A stretch of DNA of 42,810 bases from an uncultured Clostridia bacterium (GTDB taxonomy: Bacteria > Bacillota_I > Bacilli_A > RF39 > UBA660), in contig CAMVLU010000002.1 in assembly GCA_947168405.1 (NCBI GenBank), positions 1 to 42,810 of the forward strand, in the 5' to 3' direction. A program made the position numbers and the translations under genes. Position 1 is the stretch's first letter; the number at the start of each line of letters is the position of its first letter. Of the stretch, positions 17,108-25,576 are shown one piece after another. The notes under the pieces are model-generated. The model did no database searches. It saw nothing but the letters and a program-made list of their open reading frames with translations, and was not told the DNA's origin.

Positions 17108-18043
17108 ATGAAACAAGAAATTATTTTATTTGAAAATCAAAATGTAAAATTGGAAGTTAACATGAAGGATGAAACCGTATGGCTTACACAAGCTCAAATG
17201 GCTGAATTATTTGATAGGAATGTAGGCGTTGTATCAAGACATATTAAGAATGTATTTGAAGAAGAGTTAGAAGAAAAAAGCAATTTGCAAAAAATGCAAA
17301 TTCCTAATTCTGATAAACCTGTAAATTTATATAGTTTAGATGTAATTATTAGTGTTGGATATCGTGTTAAATCTCAAAATGGTATTATATTTAGAAAATG
17401 GGCTAATAAAGTATTAAAAGATTATTTAATAAAGGGATATGCAGTTAATCAAAAAAGATTAGATTATCTAGAAAAAACTGTTAAATTAATTGATATAGCT
17501 GGAAGGATAGAACAAAATCTTCGTGGAGATGAAGCTCAAGGGATTATTAGAGTAATTAATAATTATAGTAACGCATTATCATTACTTGATGATTATGATC
17601 ATAGATGTGTACCTAAACCTAAAGGAAATATTAGAAAAGAAAAAATAAAATATGAAGAATGTATAGATATAATTTCTAAACTAAAATATAACAGTGATAG
17701 TAATTTATTTGCATTGGAGAGAAATAAAGGTTTATCATCAATTATAGAAAATATTTATGCAACATTTGCTGGTAATGATGTATATCCAAGTGTAGAAGAA
17801 AAAGCAGCTAATTTTTTATATTTAATTACTAAGAATCATACTTTTATTGATGGTAATAAAAGAATTGCAGCAACTTTATTTATATATTTTTTAGAATTTA
17901 ATAATATTTTATATAAAAATGATAAAAGAGTAATTGATAATAATACTTTAGTTGCTTTAACATTATTAATTGCACAATCTAATCCCAAAGAAAAAGAAAT
18001 ATTAATAGATTTAATTATGAACTTTTTAAATACAGATTATTAG
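17108..18043 (+). CDS. RhuM-family N-terminal domain fused to a Fic/DOC domain (Doc-type motif)
   Basis: N-terminus ETVWLTQAQMAELF...YSLDVIISVGYRVKSQNGIIFRKWANKVLKDYLIKGY is the RhuM signature. C-terminus HTFIDGNKRIAA (nt 17837-17863) is the Doc-like HxFxDxNKR variant of the Fic motif. Confidence 0.85.
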   Translation: MKQEIILFENQNVKLEVNMKDETVWLTQAQMAELFDRNVGVVSRHIKNVFEEELEEKSNLQKMQIPNSDKPVNLYSLDVIISVGYRVKSQNGIIFRKWANKVLKDYLIKGYAVNQKRLDYLEKTVKLIDIAGRIEQNLRGDEAQGIIRVINNYSNALSLLDDYDHRCVPKPKGNIRKEKIKYEECIDIISKLKYNSDSNLFALERNKGLSSIIENIYATFAGNDVYPSVEEKAANFLYLITKNHTFIDGNKRIAATLFIYFLEFNNILYKNDKRVIDNNTLVALTLLIAQSNPKEKEILIDLIMNFLNTDY

Positions 18044-19812
18044 TGGAGGTTTAAATGAATTATTATAATAATATCAAAGAAAAGTTGATAAATAATGAAA
18101 TAGTAAAAAGAGTAAAAGATTATAGTAAAAATAAAAGTGATTTAGATACGTATTATGAAGTAGGTAAATTACTTGTTGATGCTGGTAAACATTATGGAGA
18201 AGGAATAATTAAACAATATTCCTTTAAATTAACAAATGAATTAGGTAAAGGATATACACAATCTAGATTAAGATATATAAGAAGATTTTATCTAGTGTTT
18301 TCAAAATGTCCGACACTGTCGGATAAATTAACTTATTCTCATTATTGTGAAATAATGTGGTTTGATGAAGATAAAATGAATTACTATATAAATATATCTT
18401 TGAAACAAATGTTAAGTGTTAGACAATTACGTCAAAAAATTAAATCAAATGAATATGAAAGATTACCAATTGAATCTAGAAATAAGTTAATTAATAAAGA
18501 AGAAAAAGAATTAGTCGATTTTATTCCTAATCCTATTATTATAAAAAATAAATATAATACCAACGAAATAAGTGAAAAAGTATTAAAGCAATTAATACTT
18601 GAAGATATATCTAGTTTTTTAAAAGAATTAGGAGAAGGATTTTGTTTTATCGATTCAGAATATAAAATAAAAATAGGAGATAGTTATAATTATATAGATT
18701 TATTGTTATTTAATATTAAATATAATTGTTATATTGTAATAGAATTAAAAGCAACAGAATTAAAGAAAGAACATATAGGACAAATACAAGTTTATATGAA
18801 TTATATAGATAAAAGTGTAAAAGAAATATTTAATAATAAAACAATAGGATTAATTATATGTAAAAAAGATAATAAGTTTATTATTGAGTATTCTAGTGAT
18901 CCGAGAATTTATACAAGAGTTTATAAATTGATGGAGGTTTAAATGAATTATTATAATAATATCAAAGAAAAGTTGATAAATAATGAAATAGTAAAAAGAG
19001 TAAAAGATTATAGTAAAAATAAAAGTGATTTAGATACGTATTATGAAGTAGGTAAATTACTTGTTGATGCTGGTAAACATTATGGAGAAGGAATAATTAA
19101 ACAATATTCCTTTAAATTAACAAATGAATTAGGTAAAGGATATACACAATCTAGATTAAGATATATAAGAAGATTTTATCTAGTGTTTTCAAAATGTCCG
19201 ACACTGTCGGATAAATTAACTTATTCTCATTATTGTGAAATAATGTGGTTTGATGAAGATAAAATGAATTACTATATAAATATATCTTTGAAACAAATGT
19301 TAAGTGTTAGACAATTACGTCAAAAAATTAAATCAAATGAATATGAAAGATTACCAATTGAATCTAGAAATAAGTTAATTAATAAAGAAGAAAAAGAATT
19401 AGTCGATTTTATTCCTAATCCTATTATTATAAAAAATAAATATAATACCAACGAAATAAGTGAAAAAGTATTAAAGCAATTAATACTTGAAGATATATCT
19501 AGTTTTTTAAAAGAATTAGGAGAAGGATTTTGTTTTATCGATTCAGAATATAAAATAAAAATAGGAGATAGTTATAATTATATAGATTTATTGTTATTTA
19601 ATATTAAATATAATTGTTATATTGTAATAGAATTAAAAGCAACAGAATTAAAGAAAGAACATATAGGACAAATACAAGTTTATATGAATTATATAGATAA
19701 AAGTGTAAAAGAAATATTTAATAATAAAACAATAGGATTAATTATATGTAAAAAAGATAATAAGTTTATTATTGAGTATTCTAGTGATCCGAGAATTTAT
19801 ACAAGAGTTTAT
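18044..19812. repeat. perfect tandem direct duplication, period 888 bp (18044-18924 and 18932-19812)
   Basis: The unit starts at the RBS TGGAGGTTTAA and runs to ...GAGTTTAT, with a 7-bp junction AAATTGA. Every stretch I compared at offset 888 was identical. Confidence 0.9.
18055..18942 (+). CDS. YhcG/DUF1016 family PD-(D/E)xK nuclease, copy 1
   Basis: YYEVGKLLVD...GEGIIKQYSFKLTNELGKGYTQSRLRYIRRFY...SHYCEIM...GFCFIDSEYKIKIGDSYNYIDLLLFNIKYNCYIVIELKATELKKEHIGQIQVYMNY. GGAGG RBS. Confidence 0.85.
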   Translation: MNYYNNIKEKLINNEIVKRVKDYSKNKSDLDTYYEVGKLLVDAGKHYGEGIIKQYSFKLTNELGKGYTQSRLRYIRRFYLVFSKCPTLSDKLTYSHYCEIMWFDEDKMNYYINISLKQMLSVRQLRQKIKSNEYERLPIESRNKLINKEEKELVDFIPNPIIIKNKYNTNEISEKVLKQLILEDISSFLKELGEGFCFIDSEYKIKIGDSYNYIDLLLFNIKYNCYIVIELKATELKKEHIGQIQVYMNYIDKSVKEIFNNKTIGLIICKKDNKFIIEYSSDPRIYTRVYKLMEV

Positions 19813-19824
19813 GTTTTAAAATAA
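18943..19824 (+). CDS. YhcG/DUF1016 family PD-(D/E)xK nuclease, copy 2
   Basis: Identical to copy 1 over the first 290 aa. Only the last residues differ (VLK* versus KLMEV*). Confidence 0.85.
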   Translation: MNYYNNIKEKLINNEIVKRVKDYSKNKSDLDTYYEVGKLLVDAGKHYGEGIIKQYSFKLTNELGKGYTQSRLRYIRRFYLVFSKCPTLSDKLTYSHYCEIMWFDEDKMNYYINISLKQMLSVRQLRQKIKSNEYERLPIESRNKLINKEEKELVDFIPNPIIIKNKYNTNEISEKVLKQLILEDISSFLKELGEGFCFIDSEYKIKIGDSYNYIDLLLFNIKYNCYIVIELKATELKKEHIGQIQVYMNYIDKSVKEIFNNKTIGLIICKKDNKFIIEYSSDPRIYTRVYVLK

Positions 19825-19831
19825 AAAATGT

Positions 19832-19860
19832 TTGATTATTAGTATTACTTGTGATATAAT
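19832..19860 (+). promoter_or_regulatory. near-consensus promoter of ugd
   Basis: TTGATT (19832-19837), 17-bp spacer, TGaTATAAT (19852-19860). Confidence 0.55.
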
Positions 19861-19889
19861 CTTCAAGTAGTGAAAGAGGGAATGTATAT

Positions 19890-21056
19890 ATGAAAATTGC
19901 TGTTGCAGGAACAGGTTATGTAGGATTATCTTTAGCAACTTTATTAAGTACTAAAAATGAAGTTATAGCTTTAGATATAATACCTGAAAAAGTAGATATG
20001 ATTAATAATAGAATTAGTCCTATACAAGATGAATATATTGAAAAATATTTTAAAGAGAAAGAATTAAATTTAAAAGCTACTTTAGATTATAAAGAAGCTT
20101 TTGAAGGTGCTAAATATGTTATTATTTCAACACCTACTAATTATGATCCAGAGAAGGATTATTTTGATACATCTTCTGTTGAAGATATAATCATGAAAGT
20201 TAAATCAATGAATCTTGATACTACTATGGTTGTTAAATCAACTGTACCAGTTGGATTTATTAAGTCTATGAAAGAAAAATATGATATTGATAATATTATG
20301 TTTTCACCAGAATTTTTAAGAGAAGGAAAAGCTTTATATGATAATTTATATCCATCTAGAATAATAGTTGGAGAAAAGTCAGAAAGAGCTCAGATATTTG
20401 CTAATTTATTAAAGACATGCTGTTTAAAAGATGATGTTGTTATTAAATACATGGATTCTACTGAAGCAGAAGCTGTTAAATTATTTGCTAATACATTTTT
20501 AGCTTTAAGAGTTGCTTATTTTAATGAATTAGATACTTATTCAGAACTTAAAGGATTAAATACTAAAGATATTATCGATGGAGTATGTTTAGATCCAAGA
20601 ATTGGTAATTATTATAATAATCCATCTTTTGGATTTGGAGGATATTGTTTACCAAAAGATTCTAAACAATTAAAAGCTAATTATAAAGATGTTCCTGAAA
20701 ATATTATCAGTGCTATTGTTGAAGCTAATAGAACTAGAAAAGATCATATAGCAAATATGATTTTAACTAAGAATCCTAAAGTAGTTGGTGTATATCGTTT
20801 AACTATGAAAAGTGGATCTGATAACTTTAGAGCAAGTGCTATTCAAGGAGTTATGAAAAGAATTAAAGCTAAAGGTGTTGAAGTAGTTGTCTATGAACCA
20901 ACTTTAAAAGAAGATAATTTCTTTAATAGTAGAGTTATTCGTGATTTAGATGAATTTAAGAAAATATCTGATGTTATTGTTGTTAACAGATTAGATGATA
21001 ATATAAAAGATGTTGAAGATAAAATTTATACAAGAGATTTATTTGTAAGAGACTAA
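19890..21056 (+). CDS. ugd: UDP-glucose 6-dehydrogenase
   Basis: [20 protein letters not shown] Rossmann motif, [22 protein letters not shown], and the catalytic Cys in [10 protein letters not shown]. 388 aa. Confidence 0.95.
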   Translation: MKIAVAGTGYVGLSLATLLSTKNEVIALDIIPEKVDMINNRISPIQDEYIEKYFKEKELNLKATLDYKEAFEGAKYVIISTPTNYDPEKDYFDTSSVEDIIMKVKSMNLDTTMVVKSTVPVGFIKSMKEKYDIDNIMFSPEFLREGKALYDNLYPSRIIVGEKSERAQIFANLLKTCCLKDDVVIKYMDSTEAEAVKLFANTFLALRVAYFNELDTYSELKGLNTKDIIDGVCLDPRIGNYYNNPSFGFGGYCLPKDSKQLKANYKDVPENIISAIVEANRTRKDHIANMILTKNPKVVGVYRLTMKSGSDNFRASAIQGVMKRIKAKGVEVVVYEPTLKEDNFFNSRVIRDLDEFKKISDVIVVNRLDDNIKDVEDKIYTRDLFVRD

Positions 21057-21083
21057 AAAATATCAAAATTTGATATTTTTTTT
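21055..21083 (+). terminator. A/T-rich hairpin after ugd, weak terminator candidate
   Basis: Palindrome centred at 21068 (arms 21055-21066 and 70-81, one G-C pair), followed by TT. Confidence 0.35.
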
Positions 21084-21118
21084 GTAAAATGTGATATTAT
21101 ATAACACAGGAGATTAAT

Positions 21119-21637
21119 ATGAAAAAAGAATTAGTAATTAAATTAATTGCTTTTAGTTTAGTAGTTATTTGGATGATGATTATTTATTTCTTTTCAGCAA
21201 TGCCTAGTAAAGAATCTAATAATAAAAGTGAAAAAACTATTAATACTATAATAGAAAAAACTATTGATACAACTAATGATATAGGAATAACTAATAAACA
21301 TTTAAGTGAGAAAAAGATAAAGAATATTGTTAATGATTTAAATTATCCTTTAAGAAAATGTATGCATGCTAGTATTTATTTAGTTCTTTGTTTACTTGTT
21401 CTTAATTTATTAAAAATATTTGGTTTAAATTCTTATAAATTATATTTTTTTACAATTTTAATTTGTTTAATATATGCTCTTGGAGATGAATATCATCAAA
21501 CATTTGTTGTAGGAAGAACTGGACAATTAAAAGATGTTTTAATAGATATAACAGGAAGTGAAATAGGATATTTATTTTATTTAGGATATATATCAATTAA
21601 AAATTTATTTAACAAGACAAAAATAAAGAAAATATGA
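21119..21637 (+). CDS. VanZ-like family membrane protein
   Basis: KCMHASIYLVLCLL ... GDEYHQTFVVGRTGQLKDVLIDITGSEIG is the VanZ signature. 4 TM segments. Confidence 0.8.
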   Translation: MKKELVIKLIAFSLVVIWMMIIYFFSAMPSKESNNKSEKTINTIIEKTIDTTNDIGITNKHLSEKKIKNIVNDLNYPLRKCMHASIYLVLCLLVLNLLKIFGLNSYKLYFFTILICLIYALGDEYHQTFVVGRTGQLKDVLIDITGSEIGYLFYLGYISIKNLFNKTKIKKI

Positions 21638-21709
21638 TTATAATCGACATATTTCGACAAATTATTACATATACTATAAATATAATTATACCTGTTGGAG
21701 GGAAGTTTG

Positions 21710-21811
21710 GTGATATTTGTTATGTTGATTGTGATTATATTTCTTTTTATTATCTGGACATGTTTAAGATGTGCTAGTATAGCTGATTCTAAAATAGAAA
21801 AAAATAAATAA
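21710..21811 (+). CDS. candidate 33-aa single-TM micro-protein (below the ORF-track cutoff)
   Basis: GGAGGG RBS (21697-21702) lies 7 nt before GTG 21710. Translation: MIFVMLIVIIFLFIIWTCLRCASIADSKIEKNK*. Confidence 0.35.
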   Translation: MIFVMLIVIIFLFIIWTCLRCASIADSKIEKNK

Positions 21812-21889
21812 TGACAAATTTATGTCTATAATCTTTTTTTTTTACTTTTTGTTTTATATAATTTATATAGGATAAAGGTAGATGATAAA

Positions 21890-22468
21890 ATGAAAAAAAC
21901 TGATTTAAATAATGTTTTTAGTGTTTCACTTAGATTATTTACTATTATAAAAGAAGAGTATTATAATTATTTATCTAATGATAAAAAAGAATTTTTAGAT
22001 AAATTAGATGTATTTCATTTATTTAGAGTTATTAAAGATAAAAAATTACCTGTATTTTCTTTTGTTGGAGAAACAGTTTATTTAAATAATTATTATAAAG
22101 AAGAGTTTTTAAATTATCTTCCTTTTATTTGTTTAGCTATTTTATGTGGAAAGATTGATCCTTTAAAAATAGGTTTAATTGAAAAAGAGTTAAAAGAATT
22201 AAATGATAAATATGCTTTAGGTTATAAAACAATTCATGAAAAGGAATTAGATGTTGCATCAGTTGTTTATAAAGCATTTCTTGAAGATATACCATATCCT
22301 ATTATATTTATAGATAATGATGCTGATTTATTTTCATATTTAGCAGAAGAAAAGGGTAGTAAGTTAGCTTTATTTTATAAAGAATTATCTGATAGTATGA
22401 AAGTAAGTGAAGATTACTCTGAAACAATGGATTTAATATATGATTATTTAAGTAATAAAGTAAAATAG
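21890..22468 (+). CDS. hypothetical protein, 192 aa
   Basis: Long ORF with a candidate promoter (TTTACT 21841-21846, 17-bp spacer, TATATA 21864-21869). No family recognised. Confidence 0.6.
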   Translation: MKKTDLNNVFSVSLRLFTIIKEEYYNYLSNDKKEFLDKLDVFHLFRVIKDKKLPVFSFVGETVYLNNYYKEEFLNYLPFICLAILCGKIDPLKIGLIEKELKELNDKYALGYKTIHEKELDVASVVYKAFLEDIPYPIIFIDNDADLFSYLAEEKGSKLALFYKELSDSMKVSEDYSETMDLIYDYLSNKVK

Positions 22469-22510
22469 AAATATTTTCTTTTTTTTTACATATTATTTAT
22501 TGGTGATAAT

Positions 22511-22984
22511 ATGTTTAGTGAAGAAACTAAAAAGAAAATTATATTTATTTTAATTCCTTTAGGAGTAGGATTATTAGCATATTTATTAACTAGAAATGGA
22601 ATAAGTAATTATACAGAAAATTTAATTAAACCTCCATTTGCTCCTCCAGGAATAATATTTGGAATAGTTTGGCCAATTTTATATTTTTTAATGGGACTTT
22701 CAAGTTATTATATTTACGAATCGATGAGTTGTCATAAATCAAATTGTATGCTTTTGTATATTTTAAATTTAGTACTTAATTTTAGTTGGACAATTATATT
22801 TTTTAATTTAGAAGCAAGACTTTTTGCATTTTTATTTATTATCTTACTGGATATAGTTGTTGTATTAATGACAATTTGCTTTTATGGAATAGATAAAAAA
22901 TCAGGATATATGAATATTCCTTATATAATTTGGTTACTTTTTGCAACTGTTTTGAATTTTTCTGTATATATATTAAATAGATAA
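22511..22984 (+). CDS. tspO: TspO/MBR tryptophan-rich sensory protein
   Basis: PPFAPPGIIFGIVWPILYFLMGLSSY ... NFSWTIIFFNL ... IPYIIWLLFATVLN. 5 TM segments, 157 aa. Confidence 0.85.
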   Translation: MFSEETKKKIIFILIPLGVGLLAYLLTRNGISNYTENLIKPPFAPPGIIFGIVWPILYFLMGLSSYYIYESMSCHKSNCMLLYILNLVLNFSWTIIFFNLEARLFAFLFIILLDIVVVLMTICFYGIDKKSGYMNIPYIIWLLFATVLNFSVYILNR

Positions 22985-23005
22985 ACATCTTTTGATGTTT
23001 TTTTT
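22983..23005 (+). terminator. rho-independent terminator of tspO
   Basis: AAACATC (22983-22989), loop TTTT, GATGTTT (22994-23000), then a T-run. Confidence 0.55.
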
Positions 23006-23071
23006 GTAAAATATCTTTATTTTTCTTAATAAATATATTATTATATTAAGTTATAAATGGGAGGGTTTTAT

Positions 23072-25513
23072 ATGTATGCACTTTTGTTAAGAAAAATAAA
23101 GTATAAAAATATTATGTATTATCAAGCTCTTGATAAAGTAATAGGTGAAGAAAATTCAAATAGAGTAATTGAGGTAGTTGATAGTAAAAAGCATTTAAAT
23201 CAATTTATTCCACCGATTGAAGATAGAGGTTCTAGACTTGTTTATATTGAAATATCTAAAGAATCATATGATAATATACCACTTAATCCTATTATTGTTT
23301 TTAAAGAAAATGATAATAAACTTGAACCGGTTACTAGTCCATCAGAGTATAATGAAGTAGTACTTGCTCTTCATGATGAATATCATGATTTTCGATTAAC
23401 ACCTGATTATAGTATAGAAGTATTAATTAATGATGTTATGGATGATTTAAATGATAAAATTATTGGCCAAGATTTACCAATTAAAAAAATACTAAAAAAG
23501 ATTTATGATAATCATATGTTTTTTGAATCTGATTTATCATATGATGAAATATATAAAAATAAAAGTAATGTTTTATTAGTTGGTCCAATTGGAACAGGTA
23601 AAAGTACTATTACTAATACTATCTTTAATAATTTAACTCCTATTCCTGTTTTATATTATGAATTAACTGGTGATTTACAATATGATTTATGTGAAATATG
23701 TCGTAAATTATGGATGAGTGCTGGTGGTAATAAATATTTAGCTGAAAGAGGAATAGTTGTTTTTGATGGAATTAGTTCTTTTTCTACTAAAGGAGCAGAA
23801 GGAGAATTAATATCATTTATTCCTGAACTTCGTGAAATAATTAAAGCAAGAGATATTTATTTTAGAGATCAAAGTGATAATATTATTAAATTTGATTATT
23901 CATTTATAACAACTATCTGTGTTGTTGATATGAATTATGATTTTGAAAATGGTATTAATTATGATGATATATTTTATTCTAAAGTATTTGGTAAAAAATT
24001 TATTGAATTAGGATTTACTTATGATATGATTGAGGGTTTCTTTGATAATGAAGCTATTTTTATGGATAAAATGACAAGAGATCTTGCTATAGAAATTTTA
24101 AAAACTAAAGAAACATCACCTCTTTACAAATTAAAGAGAATGTTAGAAGGAAGAGGAAAAGTAGTTAAAATTAGTAAAGATTTTATTGATTGTTTAGTTG
24201 ATTATGGACTTGATTTTAATTTAGGATTTTATGGAATAGAAAGAATTTTAAAATATTTATTTGAAAAGAAAGATATGTCAGTTAAAACAATTAATTTTAC
24301 AGGAGATGAAGTATTTGATTTACAAATAGGAACTATTGATCCATTCCATAGTGTTGATTCAAATGAATTATATGAAGATAATGATAAAGATATAAAAGAA
24401 AATATTCATAATAAACCTAAAGTCAAAAAAGAAACAAAAATAGAAGATGGACTTGATGTAGATTTAATTAAAAGAACGATAAATGGTTTAAATGTAATAG
24501 ACGTTGTCAATAAATTAAAAGAAAAAATAATTGGCCAAGATGAACAGTTATTTATGATAGTTAATGCTTTTTATAATCATATTTTAAATAGACATAAAGG
24601 ATATACAAATGATGATATATCTGAACTTAAGAGAAATGTTTTATTAATTGCTAACACAGGAACCGGAAAAACAGCTATTTTAAAGAATTTATCAAAGATA
24701 TTTAATATACCATATGTTTTAGAAAGTGCTCCAAGATTTACTAAAGCAGGATATGTTGGAGAAGATGTTGATAGTATATTTGTTAATTTAATTAAAGCAG
24801 CAGGTGGAGATGTTGAAAAAGCAAAATACGGAATAATCATGATTGATGAACTTGATAAAATACCTGCTAATAAAACTAATGGTGTAGTAGATGTATCTGG
24901 TGCTGTTCAAGATGAATTATTAACAGCTTTAGAAGGTGATAAAAGAATTATTACAAGAAGAAATGGTTTTGGAGAAGAAAAGATAGAATTTGATACCTCT
25001 AATATCTTATTTATTGGATCTGGTGCTTTTGAAGGATTAAAAGAAATAACTGAGAAAAGAATTAAAAAAGAACAAGGTTTATCAACTATGGGATTCAAAA
25101 CAGGAAATGAGAAAAAAGAAATAATTACAGATGTTACAAATGATGATTTAGAACAATATGGAATGGGTAGACAATTTGGAGCAAGATTCCCTAGAAAAAT
25201 TAGACTTAATAATATGGATGTTGAACGTTTATATAATATTATTAATAATCAAAATGGAGGATTTGTTCATTTAAATGTTGATTCTTATTTAAAAAGTGGA
25301 ATAGTTGTTGAAATGAGTGAATCATTTAAAAGAAGTCTTGCTGAAGAAGTATTTAAATTAAAAGAAGGTGCAAGAGGTATAAGAACAGTATTTTCTGATA
25401 TCATGGATGAAATTGATCATAATATTGTAAATGGTGATGTTCAAAAAATAGTATTAGATGGAGATTGTATTCATAATCCAGAAGGTATTCAGTATATAAA
25501 AAGAAAAAAATAG
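23072..25513 (+). CDS. ClpX-like AAA+ protein with two tandem modules (degenerate N-terminal, canonical C-terminal) and no zinc-binding domain
   Basis: C-terminal module: IIGQDEQ, Walker A NTGTGKTA, pore loop AGYVGEDV, Walker B IIMIDELDKI, VSGAVQDELLTALEG, ILFIGSGAFEGL, an MGF loop and GARGIRT. N-terminal module: IIGQDLP, GPIGTGKST, but VVFDGIS and no GYVG. GGGAGGG RBS before ATG 23072 (the ORF opens at 23057). Confidence 0.8.
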   Translation: MYALLLRKIKYKNIMYYQALDKVIGEENSNRVIEVVDSKKHLNQFIPPIEDRGSRLVYIEISKESYDNIPLNPIIVFKENDNKLEPVTSPSEYNEVVLALHDEYHDFRLTPDYSIEVLINDVMDDLNDKIIGQDLPIKKILKKIYDNHMFFESDLSYDEIYKNKSNVLLVGPIGTGKSTITNTIFNNLTPIPVLYYELTGDLQYDLCEICRKLWMSAGGNKYLAERGIVVFDGISSFSTKGAEGELISFIPELREIIKARDIYFRDQSDNIIKFDYSFITTICVVDMNYDFENGINYDDIFYSKVFGKKFIELGFTYDMIEGFFDNEAIFMDKMTRDLAIEILKTKETSPLYKLKRMLEGRGKVVKISKDFIDCLVDYGLDFNLGFYGIERILKYLFEKKDMSVKTINFTGDEVFDLQIGTIDPFHSVDSNELYEDNDKDIKENIHNKPKVKKETKIEDGLDVDLIKRTINGLNVIDVVNKLKEKIIGQDEQLFMIVNAFYNHILNRHKGYTNDDISELKRNVLLIANTGTGKTAILKNLSKIFNIPYVLESAPRFTKAGYVGEDVDSIFVNLIKAAGGDVEKAKYGIIMIDELDKIPANKTNGVVDVSGAVQDELLTALEGDKRIITRRNGFGEEKIEFDTSNILFIGSGAFEGLKEITEKRIKKEQGLSTMGFKTGNEKKEIITDVTNDDLEQYGMGRQFGARFPRKIRLNNMDVERLYNIINNQNGGFVHLNVDSYLKSGIVVEMSESFKRSLAEEVFKLKEGARGIRTVFSDIMDEIDHNIVNGDVQKIVLDGDCIHNPEGIQYIKRKK

Positions 25514-25576
25514 CAAAAAAGTCTATTTTTTTTTTACTTTTTATGATAATATATTATTAGAATAAAGGGTGATTGT

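Noticed and set aside
18309-18323. GC-rich inverted repeat TCCGACACTGTCGGA inside each DUF1016 copy (also at 19197-19211).
   Set aside because: It lies in the coding sequence (KCPTLSD) of a conserved region and is only 6 bp per arm. It is probably a codon-level coincidence rather than a site.
23057-23071. N-terminal extensions given by the ORF track (23057 for the ClpX-like gene, 40191-40286 for the phosphoesterase, 3898-3930 and 8120-8158 for two glycan genes, 1172 and 37026 GTG starts).
   Set aside because: In each case a downstream ATG (GTG 35386 for murB) has a properly spaced purine-rich RBS. The extension overlaps the upstream gene or contains the RBS itself.
17015-25538. The TTTACT motif following a T-run as an island-specific signal.
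   Set aside because: The same T-run plus TTTACT occurs at unrelated intergenic sites (17015-17020, 21841-21846, 25533-25538). It is probably the generic UP-element/-35 flavour of this genome. Only the remnant-plus-hairpin part of modules A and B is treated as specific.
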